Shown piece by piece: positions 49,038-57,454 of a stretch of DNA of 64,000 bases (position 1 is its first letter; every line of letters begins with the position of its first letter). The notes under the pieces were generated by a model. The model saw only the letters and a list, made by a program, of their open reading frames with translations, was not told where the DNA came from and did not search any database. Origin of the DNA: Alphaproteobacteria bacterium (GTDB lineage Bacteria > Pseudomonadota > Alphaproteobacteria > CBDDJK01); assembly GCA_965229605.1 (NCBI GenBank), contig OZ245892.1, positions 1,608,102 to 1,672,101 of the forward strand, written 5' to 3'. A program made the position numbers and the translations under genes.

Positions 49038-50258
49038 ATGCCTAAACAATCTAAAGAACCCCTTCATGGTCCTTTACATGGTCTTAGAGTGCTTGATCTA
49101 AGCCGCGTTCTGGCGGGGCCGACTGCAACCCAGCTTTTGGGAGATTACGGGGCCGAGGTCTTGAAAATTGAACGCCCGGAGGTTGGAGATGACACCCGCA
49201 GCTGGGGCCCGCCGTTTTTGCCGGACGAGAGCGGGAAGCCAAGCCGTGAAAGCGGCTATTATCTATGTGCCAACCGCAATAAACGATCAATCGCCGTTGA
49301 TATCGCATCGGGGCGCGGGCAAAAAATCATCTATGCCCTGCTTGGCAAGTGCGATGTCCTGATTGAAAATTTCAAGCCTGGCGGGCTGGCAAAATACGGT
49401 CTTGCCTATGAGGATGTGAAGGACAAATTTCCCGAACTGATCTATTGCTCGATTTCAGGCTTTGGACAGACGGGACCGAATGCACATAAGGCCGGTTATG
49501 ATCTTATGGCACAGGCTTATGGCGGTATAATGAGCTTGACGGGGGAGCCAGAGGGACCGCCGATGAAAGTCGCTGTGGCAATCGCCGACGTGATGACCGG
49601 CATGTATGCGGCAACCGCTATTCTGGCTGCTATTCAGCATAAGAGGCAGACGGGCGAAGGCCAGCATATAGATATTGCGCTTGTGGATTGTCAGATGGCC
49701 TGGCTGATCAATCAAGGCACCAATTATCTGATGAATGGGGAGGTGCCGAAGCGACGCGGCAACGACCATCCTAATATTGTGCCTTATCAGGTGTTCGAGG
49801 TGGCAGATGGTTATGCGGTGGTTGCGGTTGGCAACGACAGCCAGTTTGAGCGGTTTTGTAATGTTATTGGCTGTCCTGACCTTGCCAGCGATCCGCGCTA
49901 TCAAACAAATGCGTCCCGTCTTGAAAACCGCGAAGAACTTATTACGCTTTTATCGCAGCGGTTGCGGACAATCAGTCGTGACGGGTTGATTGAAGGCATG
50001 GAAGCCAACGGGATTCCTGGCGGGCCAATCAATGATCTTGCAGATGTTTTTAACAGTGATCAGGTCAAGGCGCGGGATATGAAACTGACCATGAAGCATC
50101 CGGCGTCGGCGAATGGAACCGTTGACTTGATCGGCAACCCGGTTAAATTTTCTAAAACCCCTGTGACCTACCGGACGCCGCCGCCGCTCTGTGGAGCCGA
50201 TACCAAAGCTGTTTTGTCAGAACTGGCGCCAGAGTTTCTGGAAGATGATATGCAATGA
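49038..50258 (+). CDS. CaiB/BaiF family III CoA-transferase (formyl-CoA-transferase-like)
   Basis: …LHGLRVLDLSRVLAGPTATQLLGDYGAEVLKIERP… is the canonical family-III N-terminus. The protein is 406 aa. Confidence 0.8.
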   Translation: MPKQSKEPLHGPLHGLRVLDLSRVLAGPTATQLLGDYGAEVLKIERPEVGDDTRSWGPPFLPDESGKPSRESGYYLCANRNKRSIAVDIASGRGQKIIYALLGKCDVLIENFKPGGLAKYGLAYEDVKDKFPELIYCSISGFGQTGPNAHKAGYDLMAQAYGGIMSLTGEPEGPPMKVAVAIADVMTGMYAATAILAAIQHKRQTGEGQHIDIALVDCQMAWLINQGTNYLMNGEVPKRRGNDHPNIVPYQVFEVADGYAVVAVGNDSQFERFCNVIGCPDLASDPRYQTNASRLENREELITLLSQRLRTISRDGLIEGMEANGIPGGPINDLADVFNSDQVKARDMKLTMKHPASANGTVDLIGNPVKFSKTPVTYRTPPPLCGADTKAVLSELAPEFLEDDMQ

Positions 50259-51619
50259 GCCAGTCGAGCAAGCGCGATCTTTTTGGTGCCCCGGTATCGC
50301 ACCCGGATAATGCAGATATCGCCACCTTTGGGGAAGCGGCAGAACGGATGCTGGCCTATCGGCCTGACCCGGTTGGTATCCTTAAAGAGCTTTTGGAAAA
50401 ATCGCCGGATTTTATCATGGCCCGCTGCTTTCTTGCGGGGATATATCTGACTGCCAGTGATATGCGGCGCAGGCCTGCCCTGCTGGAGCAGCTTTTGATC
50501 TTGAAAGAACAGGTCGGGCAGGCGAATGAACGCGAGCGGCAACATATCACCGCCCTTTCGCTATGGGCCGAAGGAAATTTTTTCGCCGCAAGCCGGGCTT
50601 ATGCTGATATTCTTGCCGATTATCCGCGTGATCTTGTCGCCTTGCAGATTGGTCATCAGACCGACTTTCTGCTGGGGCAAGTGACCTCCACCCGCGACCG
50701 GCCAGCACGGGTGCGCCCGCATTGGACCAGCGAGGATTCCCAACTCAGCTTTATTCTCGGGATGCAGGCTTTTGGCATGGAAGAAGCCGGACATTATGCC
50801 GCCGCACAAACCTTGGCCGAACAGGCAGTTGCGCTTAACCCGAGCGATAGCTGGTCGGTTCATGCGCTGGCCCATTGCTTTGAAATGCAGGGCAAAACCG
50901 AAGAGGGCATTAAATTTATGACAGGCTGCGAGGCGCATTGGGGGCAGGATAGCTATATGTCTATTCATAATCGCTGGCACCTGATGCTCTATCATATGGA
51001 ACGCTGCGAATTTGACTCTGTTCTGGAAGCGCATGGCAGATTTATGACGATAACGGCTGACAATGAACTGATGGATGCGCATGATTCTGTTGCGCTGCTC
51101 CAGCGTTTGCGGATTGCCGGGGTGGATGTCGGTTCACGCTGGAACGCGGTGGCAGATTATTATGCGCAGGTGCGCGATCAGGCCTATATGGCGTTTAACG
51201 ATATTCATGGCATGATGGCCTTTACGGCTGCGGGTCGCCTGGACGATGCTCGGGCGCAAATTGCAGCCCTTGAAACCCATGTTGCCAATCATCAGGATGA
51301 TCGCGCCACCATTATTGAAATGGTCGGACTGCCGCTTGTGCGCGGATTTTTTGCCCATGGGACCGGGGACTATAAAGGGGCAAAGACCTGGCTTGGACAG
51401 GCCAGACATTCAAGCCGCGCCATCGGCGGGTCAGACGCCCAACGCGATATTATCAGTCAAACGCTTCTTGATGCCGCCGTGAAAGACGGAGATAGCGGGC
51501 TTGCTGCCGCCCTGATCGCCGAACGCCGAGCCTCAAAACCCCACTCCCCACTGCTAAATCATTTTGAACGCGCACAACATCCTCAAGGAAATCGAGTCTC
51601 ATTCAATATGAACGAGTGA
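50255..51619 (+). CDS. TPR-like helical repeat protein of unknown function
   Basis: The ATG overlaps the CoA-transferase stop (ATGA). The protein is helical and repeat-rich with no catalytic motifs. Its C-terminal coding segment is duplicated at 52804-52879. Confidence 0.4.
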   Translation: MSQSSKRDLFGAPVSHPDNADIATFGEAAERMLAYRPDPVGILKELLEKSPDFIMARCFLAGIYLTASDMRRRPALLEQLLILKEQVGQANERERQHITALSLWAEGNFFAASRAYADILADYPRDLVALQIGHQTDFLLGQVTSTRDRPARVRPHWTSEDSQLSFILGMQAFGMEEAGHYAAAQTLAEQAVALNPSDSWSVHALAHCFEMQGKTEEGIKFMTGCEAHWGQDSYMSIHNRWHLMLYHMERCEFDSVLEAHGRFMTITADNELMDAHDSVALLQRLRIAGVDVGSRWNAVADYYAQVRDQAYMAFNDIHGMMAFTAAGRLDDARAQIAALETHVANHQDDRATIIEMVGLPLVRGFFAHGTGDYKGAKTWLGQARHSSRAIGGSDAQRDIISQTLLDAAVKDGDSGLAAALIAERRASKPHSPLLNHFERAQHPQGNRVSFNMNE

Positions 51620-51657
51620 ACTTGAAAACCATCACGTTATGGTTTACCATTTAATGC

Positions 51658-52632
51658 ATGAAACTTGATAAGCTCACTGATAAAAAAAAGCACCTCGACG
51701 GCTTTCGCCCGTTACCGGATACGCTTGTCCGGAACCTCGATGATTGGTTCCGGGTAGAGCTCACTTATACAAGCAACGCGATTGAGGGAAATACGCTCAC
51801 ACGCAGGGAAACGGCCTTAGTCGTTGAAAAAGGGCTTGCCGTCGGCGGTAAATCCCTTACCGAGCATTTGGAAGCAACAAACCATGCTCATGCACTGGAC
51901 TGGGTGAAAGAACAAGTGAAGCGCAAGCCCACTAGCCTGACAGAGAAAGACATCTTGCATATCCATGATGTGATCTTGAAAGGCATTGATGATGCGAATG
52001 CAGGGCATTACCGCTCTGTACCCGTCAGGATTTCTGGTTCAGCCGTTGTTTTTCCTAACCCACGCAAGGTGCCTGATTTAATGCAGGATTTTGCGGAGTG
52101 GCTTTCACGTGATCAGGGTCTTCACCCGGTTGAGTTAGCGGCTGAGGCCCATTATCGCCTTGTCACCATTCACCCTTTTGTTGATGGTAATGGCCGTAGC
52201 GCACGTTTACTGATGAACATGATTTTACTGATGAGCGGATACCCTGCAGCCATTATTAGAAAGCGTGACCGCTTGGCGTATATTGGCTCATTGGAAAAAG
52301 CGCAGCTTGGTGGCTCCAAAGACGACTATTTCAAAATCATTGCCAAGGCGGCTGACAGGTCTCTGGATATTTATTTGAAAGCTGCTGCTGGTGAAGAGGC
52401 AGAGCCTGCCGACAGTGACCAACTGCTTAAAATCGGTGAGCTGGCCAAGCGGGTTGGTGAGAGAAATTCCACCATCAGGCACTGGACCAAAGAAGGCTTG
52501 CTGCAAGTGGCTGAGGTAACGGAAGCAGGATACCAACTTTACGCGTCCGAGATGATCGAACGCATAAAACAAATCCACGCACTCAAAGAGCAGCGCTTTA
52601 CATTGCAGGAAATCAAAGAAAAGCTCTCTTGA
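51658..52632 (+). CDS. Fic family protein with a C-terminal MerR-type HTH domain
   Basis: The Fic motif HPFVDGNGRSARLLMN is present. The C-terminus …LLKIGELAKRVGERNSTIRHWTKEGLL…, followed by a coiled coil, is a MerR-family HTH. Confidence 0.8.
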   Translation: MKLDKLTDKKKHLDGFRPLPDTLVRNLDDWFRVELTYTSNAIEGNTLTRRETALVVEKGLAVGGKSLTEHLEATNHAHALDWVKEQVKRKPTSLTEKDILHIHDVILKGIDDANAGHYRSVPVRISGSAVVFPNPRKVPDLMQDFAEWLSRDQGLHPVELAAEAHYRLVTIHPFVDGNGRSARLLMNMILLMSGYPAAIIRKRDRLAYIGSLEKAQLGGSKDDYFKIIAKAADRSLDIYLKAAAGEEAEPADSDQLLKIGELAKRVGERNSTIRHWTKEGLLQVAEVTEAGYQLYASEMIERIKQIHALKEQRFTLQEIKEKLS

Positions 52633-52666
52633 TCAACAAACCCACTGCTAAAAATTGAAAATTCTG

Positions 52667-52803
52667 CATGGTAATCCCCCTAAAATTTAGAGTTGCTTTG
52701 CAGTAGAATTTTCTATCGTTAAGACGAAGGAGATTTTACGATAAAACAGAAACGCTTTAGCGAAATCCAGATCATGCAGATATTGAAACAGGCCGAGGGT
52801 GGT
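52667..52803 (+). mobile_element. IS3-family (IS407-group-like) left-end remnant: putative IR, RBS and the first about 22 codons of OrfA with a degenerate ATA start
   Basis: AAGGAGATTTTACG-ATA-AAACAGAAACGCTTTAGCGAAATCCAGATCATGCAGATATTGAAACAGGCCGAGGGTGGT encodes (M/I)KQKRFSEIQIMQILKQAEGG, matching the IS407-group OrfA N-terminus MKKRFT(D/E)EQII..LKEAEAG. It then fuses to a duplicated host segment. Confidence 0.45.
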
Positions 52804-52879
52804 GGGCTTGCGGCGGCCCTGATCGCCGAATGCCGCGCGTCAAAACCCCATTCGCCACTGCTCAACCATTTTGCACGAA
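52804..52879 (+). repeat. 76-bp imperfect direct duplicate of 51495-51570 (the 3' coding end of the 50255-51619 gene)
   Basis: gggcttgc[gt]gc[cg]gccctgatcgccgaa[ct]gccg…tcaaaacccca[ct]tc[cg]ccactgct[ac]aa[ct]cattttg[ac]acg is about 85% identical, and the two copies flank the Fic-MerR gene. Confidence 0.7.
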
Positions 52880-52915
52880 AACCCCTATAAATCAAAAGCC
52901 TGAACAGTTAAAAAA

Positions 52916-54790
52916 TCACTTGTGCTGATCAAGCATTCCTAAAACAGCTTTATAGTTTGTGATCTGGTCTGCGGTTAAAAGACCTTTTTCATAGGGTCCG
53001 ACCAGAATATCTTTGGCTTTTAGTAAATGCTCTTTAGCCGACTCTTTATCAACAAATGACATTGCTATATAGGAATAGGCGAGGTCTCCTTGCCATTGCA
53101 TATTGCTGGAGTCCTGGCTGGCAAGTTCTTTTCGTATCGCTAACCCGTCTTGATAAGAGTTCAAGGCCTCCGCAAGGTCACCCTGCGCCTGCTGAATATT
53201 CCCAATATTATCATAAGAAATAGATAAATCGCGCTGCCATTGCTTATTACCCGGGTCCTCTTTGACCAGCTCTTTGGCTATCCTCAAAGCGTCTTGATAG
53301 GATTTTAATGCCCCTGCAAGGTCACCCTGCGCCTCTTCAATTTTCCCAATTTTCATATACGAAACCAATAAATCGCGCTGCCATTGCTTATTGCTGGGGT
53401 CTTCTCTGACAAGGTCTTGGGCTATCTTCAAATCCTGTTTATATGACTTCAACGCCCCTTCAAGGTCGCCCTGCGCCTTTTGAATATCCCCAATCTTATT
53501 AAAAGAAACCGATAAATCGCGCTGCCATTCCTTATTGGTTGGGTCCTCTTTGGCCAGTTCTTTAGCTATCTTCAAATCCTGTTTATACGACTTCAACGCC
53601 CCCGCAAGGTCACCCTGCGCCTGCTGAATATTCCCAATATTATCATAAGAAATAGATAAATCACGCTGCCATTCCTTATTGCCAGGGTCCTTTCTGGCAA
53701 GGTCTTTTCGTATTGCTAACCCGTCTTGATAAGAGTTCAAGGCCTCCGCAAGGTCACCCTGCGCCTGCTGAATATTCCCAATATTATCATAAGAAATAGA
53801 TAAATCACGCTGCCATTCCTTATTGGTTGGGTCTTCTTTGGCAAGGTCTTTTCGTATTGCTAACCCGTCTTGATAGGATTTTAACGCCGCCGCAAGGTCA
53901 CCCTGCGCCTTTTGAATATCCCCAATTTTATTATAGGAAACCGATAAATCGCGCTGCAATTCCTTATTGCTCGGGTCCTCTCTGGCAAGTTTTTGGGCAA
54001 TGTTTAACCCGTCTTGATATGATCTTAGTGCTGCCTCAAGGTCACCCTGCACCTCTTGAATCCTGCCAATATCATCTTTTGCCCAGGCAATATTTCTTTG
54101 GTTATTTTCCGATTCTGCGACCTTTAATGCATTCATAAAAATTTCTTTGGCTTTCTCACTCTGGCCCGTTACTTCCAGATCACGACCATAGGTGATGAGA
54201 TAGATAAAATTATCGGGGGCCAGGGTTGCGGCTTCTTCAAGATATGGGCGGGCGCGGACTGGATCATTGGCAAAAATAAGGGTGGCGGTGACAAAAGCCA
54301 GCCTTGCCAGTTCACGATCAGCCGTATCTTTTGTGCTTTGATATTTGCTACGCAAAGGCTCCAGGATACGCACCGATTGCTCAGGGTCGCCCTTATTCGC
54401 TGCCTTCAATGCGCGATTTAAAACATCTTCTGCATCTTTAATTGCTTTATCAGCTGCCAGTTGTCTTAAATCCTCAGCAGCCCGTTCAATTTTTTGTGGA
54501 TCAATGCTCCGGGGCGATTGCTCGTCTGCCCTGTCTATTTGGGACGTGTTATATCTTCCAATGGCTTGAAAATATTCGTCAAGTATCGCGGGGCTCGTAT
54601 CCTGTGGCATCGAAACTTCCATGCCATCAGGCGTTTTTATAGAGATTTTTTGATCACCCGATTGATCTGAATTATTTCTTGAATTAGCTTGCCTGAATAG
54701 AAAACCGCCAATTACTTTTAACAATCCACGAAATAAACCCATCTCATTCGCTGTAAGGGTGTTCAACCATTCCCGAAAATCTGTCAGCAT
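52916..54790 (-). CDS. TPR/Sel1-like repeat protein with about 7.5 near-identical 48-aa (144-bp) tandem repeats
   Basis: The unit NKEWQRDLSISYDNIGNIQQAQGDLAEALNSYQDGLAIRKDLAKEDPT is repeated. The DNA period of 144 bp was measured between cgcgctgcc anchors at 53230, 53374, 53518, about 53663, 53807 and 53950. The N-terminal region is non-repetitive. Confidence 0.6.
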   Translation of the reverse strand: MLTDFREWLNTLTANEMGLFRGLLKVIGGFLFRQANSRNNSDQSGDQKISIKTPDGMEVSMPQDTSPAILDEYFQAIGRYNTSQIDRADEQSPRSIDPQKIERAAEDLRQLAADKAIKDAEDVLNRALKAANKGDPEQSVRILEPLRSKYQSTKDTADRELARLAFVTATLIFANDPVRARPYLEEAATLAPDNFIYLITYGRDLEVTGQSEKAKEIFMNALKVAESENNQRNIAWAKDDIGRIQEVQGDLEAALRSYQDGLNIAQKLAREDPSNKELQRDLSVSYNKIGDIQKAQGDLAAALKSYQDGLAIRKDLAKEDPTNKEWQRDLSISYDNIGNIQQAQGDLAEALNSYQDGLAIRKDLARKDPGNKEWQRDLSISYDNIGNIQQAQGDLAGALKSYKQDLKIAKELAKEDPTNKEWQRDLSVSFNKIGDIQKAQGDLEGALKSYKQDLKIAQDLVREDPSNKQWQRDLLVSYMKIGKIEEAQGDLAGALKSYQDALRIAKELVKEDPGNKQWQRDLSISYDNIGNIQQAQGDLAEALNSYQDGLAIRKELASQDSSNMQWQGDLAYSYIAMSFVDKESAKEHLLKAKDILVGPYEKGLLTADQITNYKAVLGMLDQHK

Positions 54791-54889
54791 TATATTCCCT
54801 GATATCCAATATAAGCGGCCCTTATTAAGGGTTTATCTGTATATATGAACGTTCGCAAGTCTATTATGATAAACAGAAAAAAAGGGGGA

Positions 54890-54966
54890 TGGTGGGCCTG
54901 GCAGGATTTGAACCCGCGACCAAACCGTTATGAGCGGTTCGCTCTGACCAACTGAGCTACAGGCCC
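54890..54966 (-). tRNA. tRNA with anticodon CAU (Met, or Ile2 if lysidine-modified), with encoded CCA
   Basis: The reverse complement is GGGCCTGTAGCTCAGTTGGTCAGAGCGAACCGCTCATAACGGTTTGGTCGCGGGTTCAAATCCTGCCAGGCCCACCA. It forms a cloverleaf with a CU-CAU-AA anticodon loop and a T-arm GGTTCAAATCC. Confidence 0.85.
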
Positions 54967-55005
54967 TTTATCAGGGAAAAACAGTCTATACAGGAAAATA
55001 GCGGT

Positions 55006-57258
55006 TTAGTAATCCAGAAAACTGCGCAATTTCCGTGACCGGGAAGGATGTTTCAGCTTGCGCAGAGCCTTGGCTTCGATCTGGCGAATACGCTCCCGTG
55101 TAACAGAAAACTGCTGGCCGACTTCTTCAAGCGTATGGTCGGTATTCATCCCGATGCCAAAACGCATGCGCAAGACCCGCTCTTCCCGCGGGGTCAGGGT
55201 GGCCAGCACCCGGGTGGTGGTTTCGCGCAAATTGGAATGGGTCGCCTTGTCGGCTGGCAAAAGCGCGTTTTTATCTTCGATAAAATCACCCAGATAGGAA
55301 TCATCCTCATCGCCGACCGGGGTTTCCAGCGATATCGGCTCTTTGGCAATTTTCATCACCTTGCGGACTTTTTCAAGCGGCATCAGCAGCCGCACCGCCA
55401 GTTCCTCCGGCGTGGGTTCGCGGCCAATTTCATGCTGCATCAGGCGCGACGTGCGCACCAGCTTGTTGATGGTTTCAATCATATGGACTGGAATACGAAT
55501 AGTCCGGGCCTGATCAGCTATCGAGCGGGTAATGGCCTGACGAATCCACCAGGTGGCATAGGTTGAAAATTTATAGCCGCGCCGATATTCAAATTTATCA
55601 ACCGCTTTCATCAGGCCAATATTGCCTTCCTGAATCAAATCAAGAAACTGCAAGCCGCGATTGGTGTATTTTTTGGCTATCGAAATCACCAGCCGCAGAT
55701 TGGCTTCAACCATTTCTTTCTTGGCGCGGGCCGATTCACGCTCGCCCTGCTGCACCGCCTTGCAAATCCGGCGAAACTCGCCAATCGGCATCAAAGCCCG
55801 CTCGGCCTGTTCAGCAATCTCGGCCCGGGTCTTTTCAATCGCCTCCCCATGGGTTTCCGCAAATTTGGCAAAAGCCTTCGATTTCTTCGCAATATCCTCC
55901 AGCCAGCCGGGATAATGCTCCCGCCCGTAATAAGCCGCAAGAAAATCTGGACGACTCACCCCGCAATCTACTGCCAGCCGCATCAATTTACCCTCACGGA
56001 CAACCAGCTCTTTATTGATGTTGTAAAGCTCATCCATCAAATCAACAATCCGGGCATCATTCAACCGAACCGCCTGCATCAAGGTGATCAGGGTCCGGCG
56101 ATGACGGTCATAACTGCGCTCGGTCGCCCGATTCGGACTGCGCCCCTGCTGCAAAGACAGAAACCTCTTGTCCTGAACCTGTTGCAACTTCCGATACGCC
56201 GCTGCAATCTGTTCAAAAAGATCCAGCACCTCTGGCTTCAAATGAGTCTCCATCGCCTGCATGGACATGCCGGGCTCGTTAAATTCATCGCCCTCGCTAT
56301 CTTCTTCTGACGCCTCGTCAGAATCATCGCTCTTGTCCGCCAACTCCGACTCATTCGCCCCCGAATTGTCATTGGCCGGGGCCTCCATATCAAGATCATC
56401 CCCGCGATCCGACTCCTCCGCGCTCTCTTCCTCATCAATCTCCGGCCCGTTGTTCATCGTCGCATCAAGATCAATCACATCACGAAGCAAATACTCCCCA
56501 CTTTGCAACTGATCATGCCATTGGGCTATCGCACGCATCGTCAATGGACTCTCGCACAAAGCCCCGATCATATTCTCCCGCCCGCGCTCAATACGCTTGG
56601 CAATCGCAATCTCCCCCTCACGCGAAAGCAACTCAACCGACCCCATATCGCGCAAATACATCCGAACCGGATCATCCGTGCGACCCGCATCGCTGGTCTG
56701 AACATTGCCAGACGTTTCACTCTCACTGTCAGAGTCGCTGCCCTCCCCCTCTTGCGGCTGGTCCGCAGACTTTTGCTCTGCCGCGCTGACCTCGTCCCCC
56801 TCCATCACCGAAATGCCCATGTCAGACAAAGCCGTCATCGTGTCTTCAATCTGCTCCGAATTCACATGCTCCGGCGGAAGGGCCTTGTTCAATTCATCTA
56901 TCGTAATATAACCCCGCGCCTTGCCCTGACGAATCAATTTCTTCAAGGCACTGCGGACATCCGCACTGATATCCGTCCCGGAATCCGTCGTGGTCTCCTT
57001 GGAATCAACATTGGCAGAATCAGCATTTGCAGGGTTGGCTTCATTGGCAGAATTGGCTTCACTGGCCGGAGAAGATTTTTCTTCCTTCACGTCAGACTTG
57101 GCAGCACTGGCCTTAGCAGATTTGCTCTTTGCAGAACCGGTTTTAGAAGTACTCTTGGCCCCGCTCTTGGAAGCACTCGCTTTCACAGGTGTAGCGACTT
57201 CTTCTTCTTCAACAGCTTTGGCAGCAGATTTTGCGCGCGCTCGGCTTCTTTCGGTCAT
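55006..57258 (-). CDS. rpoD: RNA polymerase primary sigma factor
   Basis: The protein is 750 aa with an acidic N-terminal region 1.1 and the conserved 2.x-4.x regions (…[58 protein letters not shown]…). Confidence 0.95.
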   Translation of the reverse strand: MTERSRARAKSAAKAVEEEEVATPVKASASKSGAKSTSKTGSAKSKSAKASAAKSDVKEEKSSPASEANSANEANPANADSANVDSKETTTDSGTDISADVRSALKKLIRQGKARGYITIDELNKALPPEHVNSEQIEDTMTALSDMGISVMEGDEVSAAEQKSADQPQEGEGSDSDSESETSGNVQTSDAGRTDDPVRMYLRDMGSVELLSREGEIAIAKRIERGRENMIGALCESPLTMRAIAQWHDQLQSGEYLLRDVIDLDATMNNGPEIDEEESAEESDRGDDLDMEAPANDNSGANESELADKSDDSDEASEEDSEGDEFNEPGMSMQAMETHLKPEVLDLFEQIAAAYRKLQQVQDKRFLSLQQGRSPNRATERSYDRHRRTLITLMQAVRLNDARIVDLMDELYNINKELVVREGKLMRLAVDCGVSRPDFLAAYYGREHYPGWLEDIAKKSKAFAKFAETHGEAIEKTRAEIAEQAERALMPIGEFRRICKAVQQGERESARAKKEMVEANLRLVISIAKKYTNRGLQFLDLIQEGNIGLMKAVDKFEYRRGYKFSTYATWWIRQAITRSIADQARTIRIPVHMIETINKLVRTSRLMQHEIGREPTPEELAVRLLMPLEKVRKVMKIAKEPISLETPVGDEDDSYLGDFIEDKNALLPADKATHSNLRETTTRVLATLTPREERVLRMRFGIGMNTDHTLEEVGQQFSVTRERIRQIEAKALRKLKHPSRSRKLRSFLDY

Positions 57259-57387
57259 GGGTCACCTTCTGTCTCGACCAGCAAAGGTCTGTTTTCCTGT
57301 TGTTCGTACATCGTGAAAAAAACACGCTATATCATCGGTTTTACGATTATACTCCCGTCTATTTCACGCAAATCCTGTTCCACGCAA

Positions 57388-57434
57388 ATCCCCAATTTTT
57401 TTAACCCCAATTTCTTTAACCCCAATTTCTTTAA
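57388..57434. repeat. three tandem copies of a 15-bp unit CCCCAATTTCTTTAA (the first degenerate), in the dnaG-rpoD intergenic region
   Basis: Exact copies lie at 57405-57419 and 57420-57434. An adjacent direct repeat cacgcaaatcc occurs twice at about 57366-57390. Confidence 0.7.
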
Positions 57435-57454
57435 CATGGTCTCTTTAATATGGG

